DNA from: an uncultured virus (IMG/VR IMGVR_UViG_3300007513_002396)
Lineage: Duplodnaviria; Heunggongvirae; Uroviricota; Caudoviricetes
Virus record (IMG/VR): IMGVR_UViG_3300007513_002396
Coordinates: 1-64,000 of that record
DNA: 64,000 bases
Reading direction: 5' to 3' (one strand)
Shown here: in pieces, positions 1 through 8,469 of the stretch
Layout: each line of letters starts with the position of its first letter
Position numbering within the stretch: the first letter of the stretch is position 1
The notes under the pieces: generated by a model
The model's input: only the letters and a program-made list of their open reading frames with translations
Database searches by the model: none
Told to the model about the DNA's origin: nothing
Program-made: the position numbers and the translations under genes

Positions 1-2
1 AT

Positions 3-77
3 CAAAACGGCTGGGATGACGGTCATTTTGATATCATTAGAGACAATGAGCCAAACCCCCGCCACCAGGAAGGATAA
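3..77 (+). CDS. 3' end of a CDS truncated by the window edge (QNGWDDGHFDIIRDNEPNPRHQEG*)
   Basis: Open frame from base 3 to TAA at 75-77, ending just before the ATG at 85. Confidence 0.35.
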   Translation, partial: QNGWDDGHFDIIRDNEPNPRHQEG

Positions 78-84
78 TCATAAA

Positions 85-204
85 ATGAGAATCACCCGGC
101 GGCAGCTCAGACAGATAATCCGAGGTATAAAAAATGAAAATCGCTGGCACAGGTTATTTAAACCCATAGCGCAATATTTAATGTTTGTTGAGGAGACAAC
201 ATGA
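85..204 (+). CDS. Small protein starting MRITRRQLRQIIR (same leader family as the ORFs at 201 and 844)
   Basis: ATG at 85 after purine-rich AGGAAGGA; N-terminus resembles ORFs 201 and 844; stop overlaps the next start (ATGA). Confidence 0.45.
   Translation: MRITRRQLRQIIRGIKNENRWHRLFKPIAQYLMFVEETT
174..180 (+). promoter_or_regulatory. ATANTTA motif (candidate late promoter)
   Basis: ATATTTA 20 nt before ATG 201; motif recurs before several other genes. Confidence 0.45.
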
Positions 205-680
205 AAGTTTCGAAAAGACAATTACTGAGAATCATTAGAGAAGAAGCTGAAGCAGCAGTCGAGGAAGAAGCTGAAGCTTCTGAAGATAGTGCTGAGGATT
301 CCGCTGAGGAAAGTGAGACTACCACTGAGGCGGCGTTACGCCGTAGAGTTCGAGCTGCACTCATAAAGGAAAGTCGCGGGGCTGGCTTGTTTGGTGGGAT
401 CGGTTTTGAAGGTCTTGGACAAACAAACCAAAGAAATGCTGCTAAGGCCTATCATGGCACATACTCAAATTCTAGAAATCAGCGCGTCGTTAGCGCACCC
501 ACAAGACGTAATCGGCTTGTTAAGGAAGAAGCTGCGGGTAATCCCAAAGATGTGCTTTACAAGACAGTGCTCCCCGCATTAGAGGATGCTGGATTTCGTG
601 GGATAGAAGCTTTCAAAATGCTTCGCAAGGTTGTTCAAGCCATGGAAGCTGATCTTCAAGCAATGCTTGGTCCACGATAA
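201..680 (+). CDS. Acidic protein with MKVSKRQLLRIIREE leader, possible internal head/scaffold protein
   Basis: SD GAGGAG; Glu-rich; repeated (I/V)-x-E sites (IIREE, LIKES, LVKEE). Confidence 0.8.
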   Translation: MKVSKRQLLRIIREEAEAAVEEEAEASEDSAEDSAEESETTTEAALRRRVRAALIKESRGAGLFGGIGFEGLGQTNQRNAAKAYHGTYSNSRNQRVVSAPTRRNRLVKEEAAGNPKDVLYKTVLPALEDAGFRGIEAFKMLRKVVQAMEADLQAMLGPR

Positions 681-847
681 TGAAAATGCCCATTGTCATA
701 CCCTTATTTTTAGGATTGGTTATAATGGGCTGTCCCAAGAAACCAGCAACTCCACAAGCTGCTTATCCAGAATTTGAGGAAGTTGACTTACCAGATGATG
801 ATGAACTAGACGACTTACCAGAAGCTGGTGATAAGGATATTAAATGA
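680..847 (+). CDS. 55 aa predicted lipoprotein with acidic tail (not in the ORF track)
   Basis: MKMPIVIPLFLGLVIMG-CPKKPATPQAAYPEFEEVDLPDDDELDDLPEAGDKDIK; TAATG overlap at the start and ATGA overlap at the end fill the gap exactly. Confidence 0.75.
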   Translation: MKMPIVIPLFLGLVIMGCPKKPATPQAAYPEFEEVDLPDDDELDDLPEAGDKDIK

Positions 848-1653
848 AGCTCACAAAACGACAAATCTTAAAAATTATTAGAGAAGAAGCAGAAGGCTTA
901 AACGTGGCTCGAGTTTTTGGGGCAACGTCTAATCATCAAGACGAAGAGGAAGCTATTGCTGATCCAGAAATTGAAGTTGATGCTGTGGAAGATGTGTGGG
1001 CCGGTGGTGACAATTTGGTTGATCCTATTGATGCACAAGAGGTAACGACTGACGTGCCAGTAGAATCCGGAATCGAAATTGACGAAATAGTAGAAAGAAT
1101 TTCTAGAAAGCTTCGAATCAAGAGGATCATTCAAGAAGTAGACTGGGTGGATCCCATGGCTTTCTTGCCTGATGCAGAATCGGTGGAGCAAGCATTCGCT
1201 TCTGGTGATCGTATTTCTTTGATGATTGACCAACCAGGACTTGTTGGAGAGGTAGAACCAGAAGATGACGAAGAACTGGACGAACTTGAAGAAAGCGTTG
1301 CGAGGGCATTCGGTCTTTCATTGAAAAAAAGATTAACTGAAGAAGAGCAGAAACCACCCGAGGGTGAGGCTCCTCCAGAAAGTGAGTCTTCAGATGAGGC
1401 ACCACCCGAGGGTGAAGCGCAGGATGAAGCACCCCCAGAGGGTGAGGCTGCAGAAGATCCCACAACACAAGCAGGAAAAAAGGCGGCAGTAGCTTTAGAC
1501 AAAAGTGCAGCGCAACCGCTCGTTTCAGCCATAGACTCCGCTGGAAATTTAGCTGGTGTAGAAGAAATTCTCACACAACTCATCCAACAGATGTCTGATG
1601 ATGGTAAGGGCTTAGCTAAGAAAGCGATGCAAAATCTTGTTCGTGAAGCTTAG
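844..1653 (+). CDS. Acidic protein with MKLTKRQILKIIREE leader and PPEGEA repeats, possible internal head/scaffold protein
   Basis: Shared leader; highly acidic; IIQE, LTEE and LVRE sites. Confidence 0.8.
   Translation: MKLTKRQILKIIREEAEGLNVARVFGATSNHQDEEEAIADPEIEVDAVEDVWAGGDNLVDPIDAQEVTTDVPVESGIEIDEIVERISRKLRIKRIIQEVDWVDPMAFLPDAESVEQAFASGDRISLMIDQPGLVGEVEPEDDEELDELEESVARAFGLSLKKRLTEEEQKPPEGEAPPESESSDEAPPEGEAQDEAPPEGEAAEDPTTQAGKKAAVALDKSAAQPLVSAIDSAGNLAGVEEILTQLIQQMSDDGKGLAKKAMQNLVREA
1354..1449 (+). repeat. Imperfect coding tandem repeat (PPEGEA x3 plus PPESES)
   Basis: ccacccgagggtgaggc, ccacccgagggtgaagc and cccccagagggtgaggc. Confidence 0.75.
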
Positions 1654-1658
1654 TACAT

Positions 1659-1940
1659 CTACCGTACTTCCGTTAATATTGATATAGCTCTTCTTTTTAG
1701 TTTTCTTGGACATGCTTTAATAAACGCTTCGACCTTAGAAGCGGTTGATTTAGACAGGTCATCTATGTGATTAACCAGTGATACTGGTCGGCGTGCTTTG
1801 GTATATTTTGCACCACGGTTAGTATCGTTATGCTCATAAATCCTTCGATTTATATCAGTTGTGATACCGCAGTATAAAGACCCGTCTTTACATTCGACAA
1901 GATATACAGACCATTTTTGTTCTGGAATCGATGACATCAA
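1659..1940 (-). CDS. Small GIY-YIG nuclease (UPF0213/YhbQ-like)
   Basis: VYLVECKDGSLYCGITTDINRRIYEHN...GAKYTKARRPV...VEAFIK. Confidence 0.85.
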   Translation of the reverse strand: MMSSIPEQKWSVYLVECKDGSLYCGITTDINRRIYEHNDTNRGAKYTKARRPVSLVNHIDDLSKSTASKVEAFIKACPRKLKRRAISILTEVR

Positions 1941-2257
1941 AAAATAATAAAAGAAAATTTAAAGCTGGACAACTTATTGTTGCACACTCTCATGCTGGTG
2001 TAGATGTGAAAGTAAGGCTCACCCGGAGGGATAGCCAAGACCTCGGTTGGTTTGGTGTACTAGTAGACAAAAAAGATGCACAGCTATTAAAGGATGCAGG
2101 GGTACCATGGATAGAGCCAGAACAATTCGAGACCTTTACCTTCGATTACCAAATAGTTAAACTTGTCTATAAAAAGCGAAGCAAACCAAAGGTTTTTACC
2201 AAAGATGGACAACGTATTATCCGGAAGCAACGAAAGCAGCGGAAACGAAAGGAGTGA
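1931..2257 (+). CDS. Hypothetical basic protein
   Basis: 108 aa ORF with Lys/Arg-rich ends. Confidence 0.6.
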   Translation: MTSKNNKRKFKAGQLIVAHSHAGVDVKVRLTRRDSQDLGWFGVLVDKKDAQLLKDAGVPWIEPEQFETFTFDYQIVKLVYKKRSKPKVFTKDGQRIIRKQRKQRKRKE

Positions 2258-2507
2258 TTATTCAGGTCCTCTTGATCACGCAAAAGAGAACGCGCTTAAA
2301 TTTATCTTCGGAATGCAAACACTTAGCACATTCAAGACCATATCAGACCGAATTGAATTACTTGAAGCGCTAATGAGCTTACCGCTACTTCAATCCGGTA
2401 GTACAGAAGACGCGCTGTTTGCCAAGAAACAATATGATAGGGAGATGGAAGAGCTAGAAACAGCGATTGTAGTTTTTTGCTCTCTTCCAGATGCGCCTGA
2501 GGCTTAG
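2163..2507 (+). CDS. Hypothetical protein (start uncertain; ATG 2205 plausible)
   Basis: ORF fills the gap up to the convergent gene; overlaps the upstream ORF. Confidence 0.45.
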   Translation: MSIKSEANQRFLPKMDNVLSGSNESSGNERSDYSGPLDHAKENALKFIFGMQTLSTFKTISDRIELLEALMSLPLLQSGSTEDALFAKKQYDREMEELETAIVVFCSLPDAPEA

Positions 2508-3418
2508 GAAGATATTCCGTATGTGACCTCTACGAGGGTACCGCCATCAGGAATTGTTAGAAAGAACACAGTGTTAATTCGCTCATCATATTGCCACTCG
2601 CTTGGATCGAGTTGTTCACCGTCAACGAACGCCGTGATTGTTTCAATTACTGGAGAGAATGATAGTTCAAGTTCCTCTATCGGCTCAAAGGGCTTACTGG
2701 CTTCTTCAACCCCGGGAGTCCAGTCTTCATCGCATATATCAATTTCTACGCCACCAAAGCTTTGAGTAACTTCTAGATATTTTTCGCCTACCTCATCCGC
2801 ACATGTACTTTCATTTAGACCTACAATAGAGGAAATGAGAACACGAGACCGTTGGGTAGTTATCCACCCGTAGAAATCCGACGCTGTCCAGTCCCAGGAT
2901 TGTTCATCTTCATCTGACACGAACACAACGAGAAGCGCTGCAGAAGATCGCATCCAGGTTGATGAATAAGCGCCGAGGTCCATGTACGTATACACAGATT
3001 CGAAGCCCTGTTCTAGTGGTGGTCCGCCCCACCCGCTACCATTGTTTAGCGCATTTAAAGCATTTGTTGCATCTATTATATCATCACCCGGTACTAGCGG
3101 AAATGTTGAATTTGAAAGCGCTTCATCTGGATCTGTGCTGATTATACCCAACCTCCATCCAGTGTCAAGGGGAAGACTGTTGAGCATCTCCTCAATCCCA
3201 AGAAGTAATTGTACATCATGATTGCTCATGCTACCTGATCGATCGATGACCCAAAGGATATCGTATCCATCAGTTTGTGATGGTTGAACAAACGAGTCAA
3301 CCCATAAGCCTGGGTATGTTTCAACCTCCACTTCATGAGTTAGCCAGTTATCTGATTGACAGCCTGATATAATAAACAAGGCTGTGGATAAAAGAAGTAA
3401 AAATGTGAAGCCCCGCAT
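2504..3418 (-). CDS. VWA-domain lipoprotein
   Basis: Lipobox IISG-C; MIDAS DILWVIDRSGSMS; LLVVFVSDEDEQS; SD GGAGG. Confidence 0.85.
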   Translation of the reverse strand: MRGFTFLLLLSTALFIISGCQSDNWLTHEVEVETYPGLWVDSFVQPSQTDGYDILWVIDRSGSMSNHDVQLLLGIEEMLNSLPLDTGWRLGIISTDPDEALSNSTFPLVPGDDIIDATNALNALNNGSGWGGPPLEQGFESVYTYMDLGAYSSTWMRSSAALLVVFVSDEDEQSWDWTASDFYGWITTQRSRVLISSIVGLNESTCADEVGEKYLEVTQSFGGVEIDICDEDWTPGVEEASKPFEPIEELELSFSPVIETITAFVDGEQLDPSEWQYDERINTVFFLTIPDGGTLVEVTYGISS

Positions 3419-3433
3419 CCATCCTCCACTTTT

Positions 3434-3440
3434 TAACTAT
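3434..3440 (-). promoter_or_regulatory. ATANTTA motif (candidate late promoter) for the VWA lipoprotein gene
   Basis: ATAGTTA on the - strand, 15 nt before ATG 3418. Confidence 0.4.
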
Positions 3441-3463
3441 AGAAAAAAAATGCATTTCCTGTA

Positions 3464-3491
3464 TGTACATTTAGTCTACGGTGATTAATTT
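3464..3491 (+). promoter_or_regulatory. Candidate promoter TGTACA-N16-TAATTT upstream of hsp20
   Basis: Matches the recurring bipartite motif with a 16 nt spacer. Confidence 0.5.
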
Positions 3492-3554
3492 TTATCTGTT
3501 CCCATGATATGGGACGCTAAGACCTAAGAATGACCAGTGGAGGTACAAAAAAAA

Positions 3555-4010
3555 ATGAGTCTTTTTCCTATTACTCGTATGAGTATTCTTAATCCTATTT
3601 CTGATTTTGATCATATTTTTGACACGTTGATGGACAGTAATTACCGCCTATCACCGCGCACTTATACTAACGTTACGGAGCCTGTTTCAACAGTTCCGCG
3701 TGCAAATATTCTTGAAGAGAAGAATGGTTTCGCAATCGAACTAGCTGCACCTGGCTTTTCTCGTGGAGACTTCTCGATTGAAGTCAATGAAAGCACTTTG
3801 ACTGTCTCGGTTTCTTCTGAAGATGGTCCAGAGTATGCTGAAAAGCTAAAGAGTCGTGAATATAGCTACACTTCGTTTACTCGAAGTTGGAATCTTCCAG
3901 AAAACGTCAGTGTTAACATGATTGATGCGCGCTATGAAGCGGGTATTCTAATTGTCAATATTCCCGTTGAGATGAAGACTGCTAAGAAGCTTCAGATTGA
4001 AGTACAGTAA
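3555..4010 (+). CDS. hsp20: Small heat shock protein (Hsp20/alpha-crystallin)
   Basis: PRANILE, IELAAPGFSRGDFSIEV, EYSYTSFTRSWNLP, IDARYEAGILIVNIP; ATG 3555 follows SD GGAGGT. Confidence 0.93.
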   Translation: MSLFPITRMSILNPISDFDHIFDTLMDSNYRLSPRTYTNVTEPVSTVPRANILEEKNGFAIELAAPGFSRGDFSIEVNESTLTVSVSSEDGPEYAEKLKSREYSYTSFTRSWNLPENVSVNMIDARYEAGILIVNIPVEMKTAKKLQIEVQ

Positions 4011-4032
4011 ACATATTCATTAAGCTTCGATT

Positions 4033-4066
4033 AAGACGGTCCGGTTTATCCGGGCCGTTTTTATTT
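4033..4066 (+). terminator. Rho-independent terminator after hsp20
   Basis: ACGGTCCGG-TTTAT-CCGGGCCGT hairpin (one G-U pair) followed by a T-run. Confidence 0.8.
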
Positions 4067-4076
4067 GTATGTCGAC

Positions 4077-4083
4077 ATATTTA
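4077..4083 (+). promoter_or_regulatory. ATANTTA motif (candidate late promoter)
   Basis: ATATTTA just after the terminator and upstream of ORF 4160. Confidence 0.35.
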
Positions 4084-4159
4084 GATGTATGAGTTCACAT
4101 GATACAAAGAGTTAGTTCATCACAAATGATAGAAATATTAGCCTTAAGGAGGAGTACCC

Positions 4160-4336
4160 ATGCAAGACACCAAAAATCTACAAACGCTCTATCATATGCG
4201 CAAGTCTTTGCTTACTCTCCATCGTGCAAGGCACTGCGCTTTAGATGCAGATGATATCAATACGGCGAAAGATCTAAAGAAGTGCATCGATACAGTGGGA
4301 AAGCGTATCAAATTACTCGGTATAAATAAGAAATGA
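4160..4336 (+). CDS. 58 aa hypothetical protein (not in the ORF track)
   Basis: Strong SD AAGGAGGAG; MQDTKNLQTLYHMRKSLL...LLGINKK*; ATGA overlap with ORF 4333. Confidence 0.7.
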   Translation: MQDTKNLQTLYHMRKSLLTLHRARHCALDADDINTAKDLKKCIDTVGKRIKLLGINKK

Positions 4337-4647
4337 AAAGAATAAATGAAGACGGAATAGGGAGTAATTACCACACTCTTGACCCACACTCTATCGATTT
4401 TTTTCATGATGAACGTGTTGAAGTAGAATTATTCCCGTCAGCATGGGGAAAATATTCAGTCCAGATTTCGTGCCCAGACCTGAATTACACTTCAGGCTTA
4501 CGCAATTATCAAACCGAAGAAGAAGCCAATAATTTTGCGCGAAATGAATATACTCAACTTATAACGAAGCTAGACAATCAACAAAACTTGGAAGAACAGC
4601 TTTTATTGCGCGTTCTCTGTCGTCTACAAAGAAGCTCTAACTGCTAA
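4333..4647 (+). CDS. Hypothetical protein
   Basis: Translationally coupled to ORF 4160. Confidence 0.6.
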   Translation: MKRINEDGIGSNYHTLDPHSIDFFHDERVEVELFPSAWGKYSVQISCPDLNYTSGLRNYQTEEEANNFARNEYTQLITKLDNQQNLEEQLLLRVLCRLQRSSNC

Positions 4648-5430
4648 GACGAAATTCTGTAATGCTGGGGTTGTACACCCGATTGTAAATTCATCGAATG
4701 AAATAGCTGCACCACTAATAATGGAGATAATTTCTCCATGCTCGTTTAGAATTGGGGAACCACTGCTACCTGGCGCAGCTGGAATAGTGAAAATATAAAT
4801 ATCGGAAACCTGTCCTGTGAAGTATCCGTCAAATACAGGAACCGCTAATGGAACCGCTAGCGCCCTGGGCGATGACATCGTATACACTTCTTCGTGAAGT
4901 GTCGGGTCACTGTCAGAAACCTCAAGTCCGGGCCCGAGGTGTATGTCCGCTATTAGTACGCAAAGGTCGTTGGTGGAGTCCACTGCTAGAATGGTTCCAA
5001 AACCCTCTCTACCAAACCCAGACTCCAGATGCATTTTGTACTGTATCCCGAAGTTTTCCGTGACTGGAGTCCCATTTCCGGGGGCACTGCAAACATGACC
5101 AGCTGTCAACACCAGCGAGGACCCCTTGTGCTGCCCGATTATTACCCCTGACCCTGTGGCGATCGTCTCTGCTGTTGGGAAAGATTGAGGCGCGCAATTA
5201 ACCTCATCATCTCCACAGACTACTTCATAAAATTGAATGTCTTGAGTGACCATCACAAATGATTCTATTGGAAACTTATCATTGGCTGTTTGGATTGTTG
5301 ATGGGGTTGAAATACGAGCAAACCCCGCGGCTAAGATAATGTTCAAGATGGTCAGTACGCCAACAGCGATGTATAGCATCGTACGAAAAGATGGTATGAT
5401 TTTCTTAATATATTGTCTCATATTTTCCAA
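4624..5430 (-). CDS. Membrane-anchored trypsin-like (S1) serine protease
   Basis: N-terminal TM helix; catalytic triad motifs VLTAGHVC, NDLCVL, APGSSGSP. Confidence 0.88.
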   Translation of the reverse strand: MENMRQYIKKIIPSFRTMLYIAVGVLTILNIILAAGFARISTPSTIQTANDKFPIESFVMVTQDIQFYEVVCGDDEVNCAPQSFPTAETIATGSGVIIGQHKGSSLVLTAGHVCSAPGNGTPVTENFGIQYKMHLESGFGREGFGTILAVDSTNDLCVLIADIHLGPGLEVSDSDPTLHEEVYTMSSPRALAVPLAVPVFDGYFTGQVSDIYIFTIPAAPGSSGSPILNEHGEIISIISGAAISFDEFTIGCTTPALQNFVLAVRASL

Positions 5431-5478
5431 TAGTATTATATCTATACTTATTGCTCATCTTTCTTTTGGTAGACATTC

Positions 5479-6288
5479 ATGAATAAAACAATCGTACTAT
5501 TTGACATGGACGGTACGCTTACGCCGTGCCGAGAAAAGATCAAATCCCCTGTTATAGCAGCCCTACGTAAGCTTAACCCTCACACAAGAATCGGAATAGT
5601 GAGCGGATCAGACTACGATTACATTATGCAACAGTGCGCAGCTCTATTCGATTTTGGTGGTGTTGATCTAGATAATATTGATATTCTACCGTGCAATGGC
5701 ACAAAATTTTATAAATGGGATAAAACAAGTTTCAAGCTTACCCATAATAATGATATGAGAATGGCCTTGGGAAAAGATTCCGGTGGAGCTTCTCAATATC
5801 AAAAGCTTGTGAGAAGAATTACAACACTACAAAATGAGGCTGTCCTGGGTGTGCTAAAGGACACAACGCTTACTGGTACATTTTTACAGTACCGAGGTAG
5901 TTTACTAAACTGGTGCTTTGTGGGTCGAGATGCTGATACTTCTGTTCGTGAAGAATTCGAAAAAATAAATCGTCAACAAAAAGTACGCGTGTTCTATAAA
6001 AATAAGCTTGATAGATTTCTAAAAGATGAAAGTATGTTAGCGACATCGGCCCTTGGTGGTAAAACATCAATTGATATATACCCGCATGGGTGGGATAAAA
6101 CGTTTGCTCTTCAATATTATCCTGGGTGGACTGTGTATTTTGTTGGTGACGCATGTCAAGAGGGCGGAAATGATTGGCACATCTATCAGGCGCTAAAAGA
6201 CTTAGGAAGAAATTTCGATCGATCGTATTGGACAAAAAGTCCGGAGGACACTGTTAATATTATCGATCAGGTTATAGAAAGGCTGTAA
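5479..6288 (+). CDS. Eukaryote-type (HAD-IIB, Sec53/PMM2-like) phosphomannomutase
   Basis: LFDMDGTLTPCR, IGIVSGSDYDYIMQQ, GTFLQYRGSLLNWCFVGR, GGKTSIDIYPHGWDKT, YFVGDACQEGGND. Confidence 0.88.
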   Translation: MNKTIVLFDMDGTLTPCREKIKSPVIAALRKLNPHTRIGIVSGSDYDYIMQQCAALFDFGGVDLDNIDILPCNGTKFYKWDKTSFKLTHNNDMRMALGKDSGGASQYQKLVRRITTLQNEAVLGVLKDTTLTGTFLQYRGSLLNWCFVGRDADTSVREEFEKINRQQKVRVFYKNKLDRFLKDESMLATSALGGKTSIDIYPHGWDKTFALQYYPGWTVYFVGDACQEGGNDWHIYQALKDLGRNFDRSYWTKSPEDTVNIIDQVIERL

Positions 6289-6311
6289 ATCTGCACGAAA
6301 AACGTTACGAT
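6284..6311 (+). promoter_or_regulatory. Candidate promoter TGTAAA-N16-TACGAT upstream of the helicase
   Basis: Recurring motif; shares GTAAATCTGCA with the copy at 44523. Confidence 0.55.
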
Positions 6312-6328
6312 ATAATGTTGGAGAGTGC

Positions 6329-7957
6329 ATGAGTTTTACATACGATAAATATTTCCCATATCCCGCAATTCGTGAACAACAAACTGAGGCTATAGACTTC
6401 ATTTTAGATTCGTTTATCAATCAAAATAAGAAGTTTGTTATTCTAGAAGCCGGTACGGGTGTAGGAAAGAGCGCAATTGGTTTAACTGTTGCACGTTATT
6501 TGGCAGCCAATTGGATCGCTAGTGGTGATAAGTCTTCTGGTGCATATTTTCTTACAACACAAAAGATCCTTCAGCAACAATATACGAAAGACTTTGGTGG
6601 CTTTTCTGGCCCAATGAAGTCTATTATGTCATCTGCCAATTACACATGTTCTTTTAACAAAAAGACGACATGCGCTGAAAGTCTTCGAGCGTTAAGAACA
6701 TCTCAAAAGGGCACGCCATTTTGGAGGTCTTGTACTTTTAATTGTGTCTATAGAAAAGCTAAGGAAGACTTTCTCGAATCCCCAGAAGGCGTAACTAACT
6801 TTCCGTATTTTCTTGCTGAGACTCAATATGCTGGAAAGCTTAAGCCAAGACAGATGGTCATTATTGATGAAGCACATAATGCAGCTGCTCAACTAAGCAA
6901 ATTTATTGAGATAACAATTTCTGATAAATTTTGTCAATCATTTTTAAAGTTTTCCCTGCCTGCGAAAGGAACAGCAAAACAATACATCGACTGGATTACC
7001 GACACCTACGTACCGGCGATTAGTTCACGGCTTAAACATCTTGAGCAGATGATGGGAAAATATATTGGACTAGCAGATAAAATAAAGAGCGGAGAATTCG
7101 CTAGTATTGCAAAGAAATTTGAAATGCTAGATAAACATGTCTGTAAGGTTCGTAGATTTTTGCAGCTGTATTCATCAGACAACTGGGTGCTTAATGAGAT
7201 AGCTGCAGACGGTAGGTCTGGTAGGAAGGTCGAATTTAAGCCTATTGACGTGGCTCCCTTTGCTGAGGAAATGCTATTGAATTTTGGTGACCGGGTCCTC
7301 TTAATGTCTGCAACGATTCTGGATGCTGAAGCGTTCATAGAGCTGCTTGGTATAGAAAAAGACCAATGTGCATTTATTTCCATGCCCAGCCCGTTTCCAG
7401 TTGAAAACCGTCCAGTATTTTATTCAGGCATGGGAAAGATGAGCTCCAAGACTATTGAGACAACGTTGCCAAAGATGGCGCAAGCTGTTACGGCAATTCT
7501 GGAGCAGCACAAAGATGAAAAAGGAATTATCCATTGTCACTCTTACCGGGTGGCGAATTACTTGAAAAAGAATATCAAAAGCCGGCGACTCTTGTCTCAT
7601 AACTCAGAGAATAGAGAAAAAATACTCGAAAAGCACAAGAGGTCTAAAAGCGCGACTGTGCTATTATCTCCGTCTATGACAGAGGGTGTCGATCTTCATG
7701 GTGATTTAAGCAGGTTTCAGATTGTCTGTAAGATCCCATATCCATATCTTGGAGATAAACTAATACGAAAAAAGATGAATAAATGGAGATGGTGGTACCC
7801 ACTCCAGACAGCCAAAACGATTGTACAGGCTGTTGGTAGGTCTGTTCGATCCAACGATGACACGGCAGTAACGTATATACTGGACTCCGATTGGGAAATA
7901 TTTTATTCTAGAAACAAAAAAATGTTTCCAAGTTCATTTAAGGAGTCTTTGAAGTGA
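6329..7957 (+). CDS. DinG/XPD/Rad3-family SF2 helicase
   Basis: EAGTGVGKS, IIDEAHN, LMSAT, four Cys after motif Ia, EGVDL, QAVGRSVRS. Confidence 0.9.
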   Translation: MSFTYDKYFPYPAIREQQTEAIDFILDSFINQNKKFVILEAGTGVGKSAIGLTVARYLAANWIASGDKSSGAYFLTTQKILQQQYTKDFGGFSGPMKSIMSSANYTCSFNKKTTCAESLRALRTSQKGTPFWRSCTFNCVYRKAKEDFLESPEGVTNFPYFLAETQYAGKLKPRQMVIIDEAHNAAAQLSKFIEITISDKFCQSFLKFSLPAKGTAKQYIDWITDTYVPAISSRLKHLEQMMGKYIGLADKIKSGEFASIAKKFEMLDKHVCKVRRFLQLYSSDNWVLNEIAADGRSGRKVEFKPIDVAPFAEEMLLNFGDRVLLMSATILDAEAFIELLGIEKDQCAFISMPSPFPVENRPVFYSGMGKMSSKTIETTLPKMAQAVTAILEQHKDEKGIIHCHSYRVANYLKKNIKSRRLLSHNSENREKILEKHKRSKSATVLLSPSMTEGVDLHGDLSRFQIVCKIPYPYLGDKLIRKKMNKWRWWYPLQTAKTIVQAVGRSVRSNDDTAVTYILDSDWEIFYSRNKKMFPSSFKESLK

Positions 7958-8463
7958 AGGTATATGATACGGTAGAAAGCTTTAGAATAGAAGTTGATGA
8001 TAGTGATATATGGGGGAAGGGTGTTCCAGTGTATATGACGAGCGGAGGCTTTGATCCGCTGCATGTAGGGCACTTGAGGTGTATTTTAGCGACTGCGGAG
8101 ATGGCAGACGAGGATGGTGGCTATGTTGTTATCATTGTTAATGGCGATGGTTTCTTGGAAAGAAAGAAAGGCAAGCCGTTTATGAAAGCAGAAGAACGTG
8201 CCGAAATTATCGCTGGTATAAGAGGGGTCGATGCTGTTATTATTTGGGACGACGGTGGTCAAACTGTAACAGGAGCCATTGCGGCGCTCAAACCAACATA
8301 TTTCACAAAAGGGGGAGACAGAGCTGCTCCGAAAGATATTCCAGAATGGGAAATATGCCAAGAGGTGGGCTGTAAGGTTATATTTAATGTTGGTGGTGGC
8401 AAAGTGCAAAGCTCATCATGGCTGATCGAAGCACAGGAGTTAGCAAAGAATGCAAAAGATTGA
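7954..8463 (+). CDS. HxGH-family cytidylyl/adenylyltransferase
   Basis: SGGFDPLHVGH, KKGKPFM, KGGDR, KVQSSSWL. Confidence 0.85.
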   Translation: MKVYDTVESFRIEVDDSDIWGKGVPVYMTSGGFDPLHVGHLRCILATAEMADEDGGYVVIIVNGDGFLERKKGKPFMKAEERAEIIAGIRGVDAVIIWDDGGQTVTGAIAALKPTYFTKGGDRAAPKDIPEWEICQEVGCKVIFNVGGGKVQSSSWLIEAQELAKNAKD

Positions 8464-8469
8464 TAAGTC

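Noticed and set aside
1659..1940. GIY-YIG homing endonuclease or intron
   Set aside because: Only 93 aa with no DNA-binding tail and no interrupted host gene
4321..4328. Exact T4 late promoter TATAAATA
   Set aside because: Lies inside ORF 4160, only 4 nt before the next ATG, and I did not see it before the structural operons
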